Shown: positions 9,181-17,886 of the stretch, piece after piece
Layout of the letters: the number at the start of each line of letters is the position of its first letter
Numbering within the stretch: the stretch's first letter is position 1
Assembly: GCA_964013535.1 (NCBI GenBank)
Contig: CAXGWS010000008.1
Span: forward strand, 4,922-68,921
DNA length: 64,000 nucleotides
Direction: 5' to 3'
Source: an uncultured Candidatus Poseidoniales archaeon
GTDB taxonomy: Archaea > Thermoplasmatota > Poseidoniia > Poseidoniales > Poseidoniaceae
Made by a program: the position numbers and the translations under genes
Notes under the pieces: model-generated
The model's database searches: none
The model's input: only the letters and a program-made list of their open reading frames with translations
Told to the model about the DNA's origin: nothing

Positions 9181-9605
9181 AGCCCTTGTTCTCGGACATG
9201 GTTAATGATTTGACCATGGAGGAGCGCCTAGCTCATGCACAGATGATGGTCGCTGTCGCATCTATTGACGGAGAATTGGTTCTAGAAGAATTAGCGATGA
9301 TTGAATCTATTATGGGTAAATCAATGCTTCATCCTGAAATGCGAGTCGATGTTAGAAATACATTGAATCACCCAGTAGAAATTGAGAAGTGTATGGAAAT
9401 CCTATCTGAAGTGGGACAAAAATTAGCGCTTAGAGATGCAGTGCTAGTTTCCGCATGCGACGGAGATTATGATAAAAAGGAAATCAAGATGATAAAGAGG
9501 ATTGCAAAGATTGCTGGTGTCGAACAGGACGTGTTATCGAAGATTTATCAGTGGGTAGAGGAATATTGGCAACTTTACAAGGAGTCAATCGATTTTATTC
9601 AATAA
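9177..9605 (+). CDS. TerB-like protein 2 (paralogue of upstream gene)
   Basis: Motifs are ASIDGELVLEELAMIE and ACDGDYDKKEIKMIKRI. The GTG start overlaps the upstream stop (GTGA). Confidence 0.6.
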   Translation: MKPLFSDMVNDLTMEERLAHAQMMVAVASIDGELVLEELAMIESIMGKSMLHPEMRVDVRNTLNHPVEIEKCMEILSEVGQKLALRDAVLVSACDGDYDKKEIKMIKRIAKIAGVEQDVLSKIYQWVEEYWQLYKESIDFIQ

Positions 9606-9661
9606 ATCTGCACTTTACCCAATTAGGGTAATTCTTTATCTGTTTGAGGCATTTTATGACG

Positions 9662-9668
9662 TTTTTTT
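9662..9668 (+). terminator. oligo-T tract, possible archaeal terminator after the TerB pair
   Basis: A T7 run lies 57 nt downstream of the stop at 9605. No gene follows for about 90 nt. Confidence 0.3.
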
Positions 9669-9759
9669 ACTATATTACAAATCCAATCTCTCATCCTTGG
9701 GTAAGACGATTGTTTATTACTGATAAGTGACTGGTTGATAATCGAGCCTTGGTGAGAAG

Positions 9760-10341
9760 ATGGGAATTCATCCAAAGATTGGGATTACAGGATTGCCTAG
9801 GAGTGGCAAATCTGCAGTTATGGAGAAAGTTCTACAAATGCTAACTGAGGAGCGAACCCAAGAAATAAAGTTACGCGGTAATCCAAGCGGCAAACCAATC
9901 ATCGCCGGATTGCGCACTGAACCCATTATCGAAAGTGGAGAACGCTTGGGGTACAAGGTAATCGACATCATAACTGGAGATGAAGGCGTAATCGCCCACA
10001 AAGAATTTGATTCTAGGCTAAGGGTTCTTGGTTACGGATTAGACCTCGAGGCTTTGGAAAGAGTTGCCATACCAGCGATTGAGTATGCGAAAAACGAAAG
10101 CGAAGTATTAGTAATCGACGAAATTGGTAAATTTACAGTAGAAAGTGAGAAGTTCGTTAATTGTGTAAGGGGGGCTTTAGAAGTTGACAAGCCAACACTG
10201 CTCACACTACACAAAAAGAGCAGACACCCCTTATTACAGGACATCAGACGCAGAGATGATGGAAGAATTCTCGAAGTTACACCGGTTAATCGAGCACTGT
10301 TACCATATAAGATTCACAAACTGATGCGTGAAACTTACTGA
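9760..10341 (+). CDS. nucleoside-triphosphatase, THEP1-like P-loop NTPase
   Basis: Walker A is GITGLPRSGKS and Walker B is VLVIDEIGK. The size is about 190 aa. Confidence 0.7.
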   Translation: MGIHPKIGITGLPRSGKSAVMEKVLQMLTEERTQEIKLRGNPSGKPIIAGLRTEPIIESGERLGYKVIDIITGDEGVIAHKEFDSRLRVLGYGLDLEALERVAIPAIEYAKNESEVLVIDEIGKFTVESEKFVNCVRGALEVDKPTLLTLHKKSRHPLLQDIRRRDDGRILEVTPVNRALLPYKIHKLMRETY

Positions 10342-10381
10342 CGGCCGCTTAATTCATCACTGGTTACTAACTGGGAATAAT

Positions 10382-10726
10382 ATGGACGAGCCAAGCAAGG
10401 CGGCAAATCGCATTCTCCTTGGCACGGGTTTCGGCTTGATCCTTCTTTGCGGATTCGCCCTCATCGATGGAAGAATGACTATCGAGAAACTCGGCATTGG
10501 CCACCTCTTCTTGTTGACGGGAATTATTTGTTTAGCAATGGCGAGATTAGTGTTATATGAAAATTCATTTTTGTCACAATATTTCCCTAACGAATCAGAG
10601 CATGAACTGAAGCAGCGGGTCGATGATGAAGTACATCAACAAAGCCGAGACAATCGAATTGGAAACGCTTGGGCTGAATTAGAGAGTAAGGTACTATCCA
10701 GTGAAATCACAACTGCAGAAGAGTGA
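10382..10726 (+). CDS. small membrane protein
   Basis: There are two TM helices (ILLGTGFGLILLCGFALI and LFLLTGIICLAMARLVL). The ATG at 10382 avoids overlap with the NTPase gene. Confidence 0.45.
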   Translation: MDEPSKAANRILLGTGFGLILLCGFALIDGRMTIEKLGIGHLFLLTGIICLAMARLVLYENSFLSQYFPNESEHELKQRVDDEVHQQSRDNRIGNAWAELESKVLSSEITTAEE

Positions 10727-10781
10727 AATTCGTTGCGAATATTCAAGAATCCTCTACGTCTCCACAAGATAAGGCGATAAT

Positions 10782-11165
10782 ATGAGTGAGGTCCCAGAAG
10801 GTTTGTACTATACCAAAGAACATGAATGGCTTAGAGTCGAAGGTGACACGGTCACTATAGGAATTACTGACCACGCACAAGACGCGTTGACCGATATTGT
10901 TTACATCGAGCTTCCTGAAAGCGGCATGGTTGTCGATGACATGGGTGAATTCGCAGTGGTGGAATCGGTAAAGTCTGCTTCACCTATCTTTGCTCCACTT
11001 GCCGGAGAAATTACCGCAGTCAACGAGGAATTAGAGGATACTCCAGAATTAATGAACACCAGTCCATATGGAGACGGATGGATAATAAAAATGACAATCA
11101 ATAACCCTTCAGAAATTGCCAATTTGATGGATGCTGCCGCATACAAGGCAGAAATTGGCGAGTGA
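10782..11165 (+). CDS. gcvH: glycine cleavage system H protein (lipoyl carrier)
   Basis: Motifs are YTKEHEWLRVEGD and VESVKSASPIFAPLAGEI, the latter containing the lipoyl-lysine. Confidence 0.9.
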   Translation: MSEVPEGLYYTKEHEWLRVEGDTVTIGITDHAQDALTDIVYIELPESGMVVDDMGEFAVVESVKSASPIFAPLAGEITAVNEELEDTPELMNTSPYGDGWIIKMTINNPSEIANLMDAAAYKAEIGE

Positions 11166-11713
11166 GCATATTGAGTTCCAGTCATGAGAATATTGCTCTT
11201 TACATTGACGGCTCCTGCTTGGAAAATCAAAATGTCACCGCAGAAACACCAGCTGCTTGGGGGATGGCAATAGTCATCGGCGATAATGGCCTGGGAAAAG
11301 GGAGTGGCGAAATTCTCGAAGAAACATGGGGTCGAGTAATTTGCAAACCTAATGCTGAGGAGTTCATAGGCGCAGAGGTTGGTTCAAACAATACTGCCGA
11401 ATTAACTGCTTTTGCAATGGCCCTGCGCTGGTTACTTATTGATGATAGCGAATACTCAGCAATTATCTACACTGACTCACAATATGCTGGCAATCTAGCA
11501 ACCGGTGCATGGCGAGCGAAGGCCAATAAGTCGTTGGTGAAACATGTACAAAACCTATGGCAAGAAGTCGCTCAGGTTAGAACAGTAGAATGGCGCCATG
11601 TAAGAGCGCATAGAGGTCACAGATGGAATGAGCGAGCCGACCATCTTGCTAATCGTTGTGTAAACAATCAGTTGCCGATTCCTTTGACGTTTTGGAAGCC
11701 CGGTCAGCGTTAA
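11162..11713 (+). CDS. rnhA: ribonuclease HI
   Basis: The DEDD residues fall in YIDGS, NNTAELTA, YTDSQY and ERADHLAN. The GTG start overlaps the gcvH stop. Confidence 0.85.
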   Translation: MSILSSSHENIALYIDGSCLENQNVTAETPAAWGMAIVIGDNGLGKGSGEILEETWGRVICKPNAEEFIGAEVGSNNTAELTAFAMALRWLLIDDSEYSAIIYTDSQYAGNLATGAWRAKANKSLVKHVQNLWQEVAQVRTVEWRHVRAHRGHRWNERADHLANRCVNNQLPIPLTFWKPGQR

Positions 11714-12573
11714 TTCAATCTATCTTTCAACCATGCTTTGAGATCCGCAGAATAATCTTGATTTCTCAAGCCATAGTCAATTTGCGCTTTTAACCATGCA
11801 ATGGGATTACCGGAATCATACCATTGGTAATCGCTCAAATCAACTCCGATGTATCCGGAATTTTCCATCCAATGCTTTTGCAACTCAATGGTTTGAAATT
11901 CGCCATACTTGGCCACAGAATACTCTTCCTTAAGCAGTGCTTTGCTATCCTCTGTGAAAAGATAACGCCCACATAGTACCTTGTTTGAAGGAGCTTGGTC
12001 AGGGGTTGGCTTTTCGATTACCTGACTAATTCGCTCACCGATTAACTCAACTACTCCATAATTGCTCACTTCGCTATCAGCAACAGAATATATCGCTGCA
12101 CATGGCAAACCGGTTTGTTGGAAGGTAGATACTAATTTTCTCGAGGCATCTGATGGCTCAAAATTATTGATGCTTGAGAATTTATTGGTGATAATATTAT
12201 CACCCAGTAAGACAAGATATGGGCCGTTTATATCATCCAATGATTGTAATATTGCATGGCCTAAGCCAAGTGGTTCAGCTTGGGTATGAATGAAGAATTT
12301 CACCGATTTGTCCGATTCGTACAGTGACTTACTTATCTCCGGCCTAAGAAGATGGTACTCTTGTTTGCTGGTTAGAAAACTGGAGAAGTCCTTTTTTGAG
12401 GAGGTAATAATGTGGATATTGGTGACTTCGGCGGCAATTGCCTCTCTAATTAGATGGATAAAAGCAGGAATATCGACCAGTGGTAGAGATTCTTTTGGCA
12501 CATATGCGGTAGTTGGTAGCATGCGACTTCCCAACCCAGCAGCAACAATAACTGCGTCCTTAACCACTGTCAT
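11710..12573 (-). CDS. galU: UTP--glucose-1-phosphate uridylyltransferase-like nucleotidyltransferase
   Basis: The signature is KDAVIVAAGLGSRMLPTTAYVPKESLPLVD. The ATG at 12573 is preferred over 12606 because it leaves room for a divergent promoter. Confidence 0.75.
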   Translation of the reverse strand: MTVVKDAVIVAAGLGSRMLPTTAYVPKESLPLVDIPAFIHLIREAIAAEVTNIHIITSSKKDFSSFLTSKQEYHLLRPEISKSLYESDKSVKFFIHTQAEPLGLGHAILQSLDDINGPYLVLLGDNIITNKFSSINNFEPSDASRKLVSTFQQTGLPCAAIYSVADSEVSNYGVVELIGERISQVIEKPTPDQAPSNKVLCGRYLFTEDSKALLKEEYSVAKYGEFQTIELQKHWMENSGYIGVDLSDYQWYDSGNPIAWLKAQIDYGLRNQDYSADLKAWLKDRLN

Positions 12574-12625
12574 TAATAATCCCAAAGGGTACAACCTTTC
12601 AAGCATAACCCATCATGGGCATAAT

Positions 12626-13048
12626 ATGGCAACGGTTCCTGAGTGGCGATGGATAACTGTCGCAGGCGCCTTGATGGTGTTACAAACCCTATTTGATGTC
12701 GCTCCTGAAGGACCGTGGAATGCTCCCTCCTTCACTCGCGGAGTTATCGGCTTAGCAGGCTTATGTTGTTTGTATATCGGATGGTTCCGTTACACATTCA
12801 AAAGACGTGGAATAATACCGTCAATAAATCGCTGGCAGAATCCGGAAAAAACTTGGAAACTGGTTGTTATGTTCTCATTGGCATGCTTTATTGTGCTACT
12901 CTTAGTGACAAAAACTGCTCTAGTCGACCATCTTCCAGAAACCACTGGAATGATTGTACTGTTGATTGCATCACTGGCACTACTAAACGGAATTTATGTT
13001 GGCCTAGTGGTTTCTGGTCCGCTGAGTGATAAAGCAGAAGAGGAATAA
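12626..13048 (+). CDS. membrane protein (about 4 TM helices)
   Basis: It is hydrophobic throughout. The track ORF start at 12290 runs antisense through galU and is rejected. Confidence 0.5.
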   Translation: MATVPEWRWITVAGALMVLQTLFDVAPEGPWNAPSFTRGVIGLAGLCCLYIGWFRYTFKRRGIIPSINRWQNPEKTWKLVVMFSLACFIVLLLVTKTALVDHLPETTGMIVLLIASLALLNGIYVGLVVSGPLSDKAEEE

Positions 13049-14536
13049 TCAATCAAGGAAACCAAGTTCTTGGTCAAGGGTCTCCAACGCATCGCTTAAT
13101 TCAGGTAGATTCTCAGGGGCTTCCATAGTGCTGACATGGTTTCGCTTCGGAGTTGATTCCGGCATCTCTCCCTCACCGTTTAGCCAGTCAATCCAAGCCC
13201 TAGACGCTCCACTACTCCTCGCTTCCATCAATTGCCACAGTGGAGCCATATCGCAACCATAGCCATGTAAATCAGTTATGCGAGAACCGAATTTTTGAGT
13301 AGATATGTCTGACATTTTTATCAGTAATTCGCGCATTCTGGTTCTTACAACCTCGTCGCCATCTTGCCAAAGAGCAGGTAGTAATTTACGCGTGTCATCT
13401 GGAAAGGTTTCGAAATAATCACGCAGTGAGGGGACTATATTTCTGCGAACTATTGGTAGATCATGATTACTTAATTCTAAGAGGTTGTCTGCCCAAAGTT
13501 CTGTATCAATAAATCGTAAATCAGAAGATGTACTGCTCACAGCCGCCAAGATATCTGGGTCATCATCTAACTTTAATTGATTAAAGAATGGTAGTGCATC
13601 TTCTGTCAGCCTTCTAAATAACCGAGTTAGTACATCAGCCATCGCTCGACGAACCATCAAATCGTCTCTCGCCATCAGTAATTTAGCCAAGTTATGTCCT
13701 GTGTCTCGGTCATAATCAATGGTCTTCGCCAGACATCTGGCAATCTGTACCGCTACTTGTGAGTCTTCATCAGCGGTCAATCTTGTAAGCACCTCTGACA
13801 GACCAAGTGGTTCAATCAATTGTGGTCGCTCCATCAATAAGCGAATCCACTCAATTAGTAAGCGTCGCCTGTCAACGTTGCCGGTTTCTAATTCGCTAAG
13901 CATCCAGCGTGCGGCTTCAACTCCGGCTTCATGAGCGATTACCCCCGTCATTCGCGGTATGATTGCGTCTGGATTCCAGTCTACATTCTGGGGGCCCGCT
14001 TCAGGTTGAGTGTGCCAGGTTCCCGGCCGCTGGCCAATCGCAATCGATTCAAGCAGATGATAGCCTTGATGTATTGGTTGACCAAGAGGCCCTGTTGACA
14101 ATCCATTCAGTAATGCTATGCTCAACCACCATCTAGTGCTATCCGGCGCATAAGGGTCCAAAGCTCTAGCAAGCCAGTCAGTATTTATTGAGAAAATCAA
14201 TCGCTCTGCCACCATGTCTGAGCGCTTTTGTAACCATTTTTTGTGAACTCTGTATGGATCGTCTGTTAAATTCATTCTATGAGGCACAACCAAGTCGACC
14301 ACTGAGTTTAATTTGTACTCGAACATGCCACGGTCAACATTGAGTAAACCCAATCCTTGCTCGATTAATTCTTGAGGTGAGATAGGTTCAACGGGAGGAA
14401 AATCAACATCCCTAATTGGTGGCGGTGGCAAGGGCCATGAATGTGTTCCGCGCTCTAATGCCTCAACAAGTAATGTTGCAACTTTCTCAAAAACAATCTG
14501 AGATACCTCAGATCGACTTTTACTCATCGTAATCAA
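13049..14536 (-). CDS. HEAT/armadillo-like repeat protein
   Basis: The C-terminal half has repeated helix-turn-helix units, for example DSQVAVQIARCLAK, DLMVRRAMADVLTRL, DPDILAAVSST, LPIVRRNIVPSL and DEVVRTRMRELL. It lies 15 nt downstream of tfb. Confidence 0.5.
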   Translation of the reverse strand: MITMSKSRSEVSQIVFEKVATLLVEALERGTHSWPLPPPPIRDVDFPPVEPISPQELIEQGLGLLNVDRGMFEYKLNSVVDLVVPHRMNLTDDPYRVHKKWLQKRSDMVAERLIFSINTDWLARALDPYAPDSTRWWLSIALLNGLSTGPLGQPIHQGYHLLESIAIGQRPGTWHTQPEAGPQNVDWNPDAIIPRMTGVIAHEAGVEAARWMLSELETGNVDRRRLLIEWIRLLMERPQLIEPLGLSEVLTRLTADEDSQVAVQIARCLAKTIDYDRDTGHNLAKLLMARDDLMVRRAMADVLTRLFRRLTEDALPFFNQLKLDDDPDILAAVSSTSSDLRFIDTELWADNLLELSNHDLPIVRRNIVPSLRDYFETFPDDTRKLLPALWQDGDEVVRTRMRELLIKMSDISTQKFGSRITDLHGYGCDMAPLWQLMEARSSGASRAWIDWLNGEGEMPESTPKRNHVSTMEAPENLPELSDALETLDQELGFLD

Positions 14537-14551
14537 CCAATGAAATCATGC

Positions 14552-15478
14552 TTAGATATCAAGCTCAATGTTTAGATTTTGGATGAGCTCTTTGTATCTA
14601 TTTCTGATAGTAACCTCGGTTACACCAGCAACTTCAGCAACCTCTCTTTGGGTTCTTCTCTTACCACATAGCACCGAGGCAATGTAGATAATTGATGCTG
14701 CAATTCCTGTAGGTCCGCGACCACTGGTGAGTTCTTTCTCTTGGGCTGCTTTGATCAATTCGTAGGCTTTTGCCTCAACCTCTGCATCCAAGCCAAGGCC
14801 AGAACAGAATCTTGAAATGTAATCTTCTGGACCTGTTGGCATGATTTTCATCTTTAATTCTCTAACCATAAATCGGTAGGTTCGACCGATTTCTTTTCTT
14901 CCGGTACGAGATGCCTGACCGATTTCGTCAAGTGTTCTTGGGACACCACACTGGCGGCATGCAGCATATAGCGAGGCCGCAGCGACACCTTCAATCGAAC
15001 GCCCTCTAATGAGTCTCTTGTCAACGGCTTTCTTGTAGTTGACCGCAGCTGCTTCCCTAACAGATTTTGGCAGTTCTAAGCGGCTAGCCATTCTGTCTAA
15101 CTCGGCCAAAGCCATGGCCAAATTTCTCTCGGTTGCGTTAGATACACGGCTTCGCTTCTGCCACTTCCTCATTCGATAAAATTGTGAACGGTATCGTGAG
15201 TTGATGGTCTTACCTGAGTAGTCTTTGTTCTGCCAATCAATATCGGTCGACAAACCCTTGTCGTGAAGCATAACAGTCATTGGTGCACCGGTTCTTGCTC
15301 TTTGGTCGCCCTGTTCAGGAGAGAATACTCGCCATTCTGCACCTTGGTCGATTACGTTATCTTCCAATACCAAACCGCAGTCATCACAGACTACTTCGCC
15401 TCGAGTCTCATCTCGAGTTAGGTTTCTACTTCCACAATCACTACACTTTACAATATCTTCAACTTGTTGTTCATCCAT
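14552..15478 (-). CDS. tfb: transcription initiation factor IIB (TFB)
   Basis: It has the N-terminal Zn ribbon CSDCGS...CDDCG, a B-finger region and two cyclin-fold repeats (ALAELDRM..., [20 protein letters not shown]). Confidence 0.95.
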   Translation of the reverse strand: MDEQQVEDIVKCSDCGSRNLTRDETRGEVVCDDCGLVLEDNVIDQGAEWRVFSPEQGDQRARTGAPMTVMLHDKGLSTDIDWQNKDYSGKTINSRYRSQFYRMRKWQKRSRVSNATERNLAMALAELDRMASRLELPKSVREAAAVNYKKAVDKRLIRGRSIEGVAAASLYAACRQCGVPRTLDEIGQASRTGRKEIGRTYRFMVRELKMKIMPTGPEDYISRFCSGLGLDAEVEAKAYELIKAAQEKELTSGRGPTGIAASIIYIASVLCGKRRTQREVAEVAGVTEVTIRNRYKELIQNLNIELDI

Positions 15479-15613
15479 ATGTCATTCCCCCCCTACTGGA
15501 AAATAGGGCAACACTCTTAACCCCTTATGCGAGGTTATATCAAACTTATGCCGCGATTAAGCATTTTGACTAATGCTAAAAAACACCCTTCGGCTATTAC
15601 ATTAGTACCCTCC

Positions 15614-15632
15614 CGTCATATAGTTTATGACG
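15614..15632 (+). promoter_or_regulatory. perfect 7-bp inverted repeat CGTCATA-tagtt-TATGACG overlapping a TATA-like element upstream of the aconitase-family gene
   Basis: Read directly from the sequence. It lies 12 nt before the ATG at 15644 and 51 nt before the alternative ATG at 15683. Confidence 0.25.
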
Positions 15633-15643
15633 AATTAGGGTGA

Positions 15644-17671
15644 ATGGTTATACACATAACAAGCCTGCCCGAAACGATTGCAATGGGTGGTAAGGCGGGT
15701 GAGCGAAAAATCTGCTTAACGCCCGGAAAGCGCATTTTGTTTCTTACCAAAAATCTCGACTTGATTAAACAGCAACTGTATGATGGTCTTAATCTACAGA
15801 TGAAGGATCTCAAACCTGAGGACTTACTAGATGATATTAACACTGATGTAATGACGCCTGCATGGGTTTGTTTTGACCACGAACCAGCAGAAATTGCCAA
15901 GAATGCCTATGCTGGATTGAAGCATAATGGGCTCAGGGTCTTCAACGAAAATGCGTTGATTAACGGAGGGTTTGAAGTTATTGTTTCAGGCCAAAGAAAA
16001 GGTACTGGTTCCAGCCGAGAAACCGCCGCACAATGCGAGAGGTGGGCAGGAATTAGAATCGTAATTGCTGCTTCCTTTGCGCCAATCCATGAGCGCAACA
16101 ACATCAACTTAGGACAGTTAATGGGTGATTATACCATGTTGGAAAAGTTGCAGAATGGTGAACAATTGCCACTATCAGAATTCACCAAAAAATATGACGA
16201 TGTAACCAAGATTATCATCGAAAAAGGTGGCTTGTTTCCATTTGCTAAAGCACTCAAAAAAGGAGATATTCAACTGCCGGAGATTGAAACAGGTACGCAG
16301 CCAATGACAATGGCTGAGAAAATCATTGCACGCAACCTCGTAGGTCAGAAAGACGGTCAATGTGTCAAGCCTGGTGACCCTGTCATCACTCAAGTGCAAG
16401 GTGGTTATTCTCATGAATTCACTACCGCACAAGTTCACACATTTCTAGCCGAGGAATATGGTGAGAATTATCAACTACCAAATCCAAACAAGTTTGCAGT
16501 GTTCGAAGACCATCTTCTGTACGCCCATCACAACCCAAAATTTGTACCATTCATGGACAAAGTGCAGACCTTACGTGACCTGCAAAAGGCATTCCAAAAA
16601 CACACATCAGTGCGCGATTACTCTGCAGTGGACGGTGTCTCGCCTGGGATTTGCCATCAAGTGGCTCGAGAGGAGTTTATTGAAGTTGGCGACTTCGTAC
16701 AGGCAACTGATTCCCACACTTGCATGGGTGGTGCTTCTAATGCGCTAACCTGGGGAGTTGGTGCCACTGAATATTCCAACCTAATCAGTGCGGGTTTCAC
16801 TTTTGTCAAGGTTCCTGAATCGATAAGATTTGAAATGACTGGCCAATTAAATCCTGGATGCACCGCCAAGGATGTCATCCTGTATATTTTAGCTGACCAT
16901 GCCCGAAAAGAATTGACGCTCAATCGTTCGATGGAATTTGGTGGGCCAGGACTGGCAAGTCTGTCTGTTGATGAACGAGCAACGCTCTGCAATATGGCGA
17001 CTGAATGTTCTGCAAGAACAGGAATATGTGAGCCTGATGAAGAACTATACACGTGGATGAAAAACGCCATGCCAACGCTGTCATTAGAGAAAATGAGAGA
17101 AATGTCAGTCCTTCCTGATGCTGGAGCAAATTATGATGGCGGCGTTCATTTAATCAATTTGTCAGACATCAAACCGATGGTGGCCCACCCTGGAAATCCC
17201 GATCAAGGCATACCGAGTGACCCCACAAATGGTGCACTAATAATCGAAATCGGTGATGTCCCTATCGATATTGCATATGGTGGGTCTTGTACTGCTGGCA
17301 AAGAGGATGACATTGCCTACTACGCTCAAGTCTGTCAAGCAGCTGACGATGCGGGAATGGTTGTTGCTGATGGAGTTGAATTCTACATTCAATACGGTTC
17401 TGGCTTGGTTAAAGATTTGGCAGTCAAGAAAGGTTGGCATGAATTATTTTCCAAAGTTGGTGTCAAATTAATCGATCCTGGTTGTGGTGCTTGTATTGGA
17501 GCAGGCCCCGGAGTATCGATAACCCCTGACCAGGTAACCGTCTCTGCGATAAATCGAAATTTCCAAGGTCGTTCTGGCCCCGGCAAACTATACTTGGCCA
17601 GCCCGTTGACTGTAGCAGCGTCGGCATTTACCGGCAAAATATCTTCTTGGAAAAGTAGCCTGTTTCAGTAA
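15644..17671 (+). CDS. aconitase-family hydro-lyase, single chain with LeuD-like swivel domain N-terminal to LeuC-like catalytic domains
   Basis: The N-terminal part has GQRKGTGSSRETAAQCERWAGIRIVIAASFAPIHERNNINLG. After that come MTMAEKIIARN, ATDSHTCMGGA, GGSCTAGKEDD, DPGCGACIGAGPG and NRNFQGRSG. The start may instead be 15683. Confidence 0.8.
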   Translation: MVIHITSLPETIAMGGKAGERKICLTPGKRILFLTKNLDLIKQQLYDGLNLQMKDLKPEDLLDDINTDVMTPAWVCFDHEPAEIAKNAYAGLKHNGLRVFNENALINGGFEVIVSGQRKGTGSSRETAAQCERWAGIRIVIAASFAPIHERNNINLGQLMGDYTMLEKLQNGEQLPLSEFTKKYDDVTKIIIEKGGLFPFAKALKKGDIQLPEIETGTQPMTMAEKIIARNLVGQKDGQCVKPGDPVITQVQGGYSHEFTTAQVHTFLAEEYGENYQLPNPNKFAVFEDHLLYAHHNPKFVPFMDKVQTLRDLQKAFQKHTSVRDYSAVDGVSPGICHQVAREEFIEVGDFVQATDSHTCMGGASNALTWGVGATEYSNLISAGFTFVKVPESIRFEMTGQLNPGCTAKDVILYILADHARKELTLNRSMEFGGPGLASLSVDERATLCNMATECSARTGICEPDEELYTWMKNAMPTLSLEKMREMSVLPDAGANYDGGVHLINLSDIKPMVAHPGNPDQGIPSDPTNGALIIEIGDVPIDIAYGGSCTAGKEDDIAYYAQVCQAADDAGMVVADGVEFYIQYGSGLVKDLAVKKGWHELFSKVGVKLIDPGCGACIGAGPGVSITPDQVTVSAINRNFQGRSGPGKLYLASPLTVAASAFTGKISSWKSSLFQ

Positions 17672-17886
17672 CCAAAGATAAATTATAATCTTCTGGAAGT
17701 ATTTTCCACTTGTTGACACCTAATCTATCACCATAGTTTCACTATTGAGTTCATCAGTTAGACATTCTAATTCCCATCCTAATACATTATTTCGTGTTAG
17801 TTATTATGAACCGTCGGTAATCGAAATGGTATGTTGCTGGCCCGAGGTCATTCGGACCGAGGAGGACCAGAGCAGGAGTGGCAGGT

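Noticed and set aside
12290-12625. N-terminal 112 aa of the track ORF 12290-13048
   Set aside because: This part is antisense to the well-supported galU-like gene and is not hydrophobic like the rest. The real start is taken as the ATG at 12626.
17688-17712. ORB-like element (CAAGTGGAAAATACTTCCAG on the minus strand), possibly a replication origin
   Set aside because: It is a single partial match (about 9/12 to the mini-ORB core as I remember it). There are no repeats of it, no orc1/cdc6 nearby and no AT-rich unwinding element.
17690-17790. Possible C/D-box sRNA on the minus strand (CTGATGA at about 17750)
   Set aside because: A C-box-like TGATGA and a degenerate C' (GTGATAG) are present. 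However, no CTGA D box occurs at the required spacing of about 12 nt, and there is no terminal stem.
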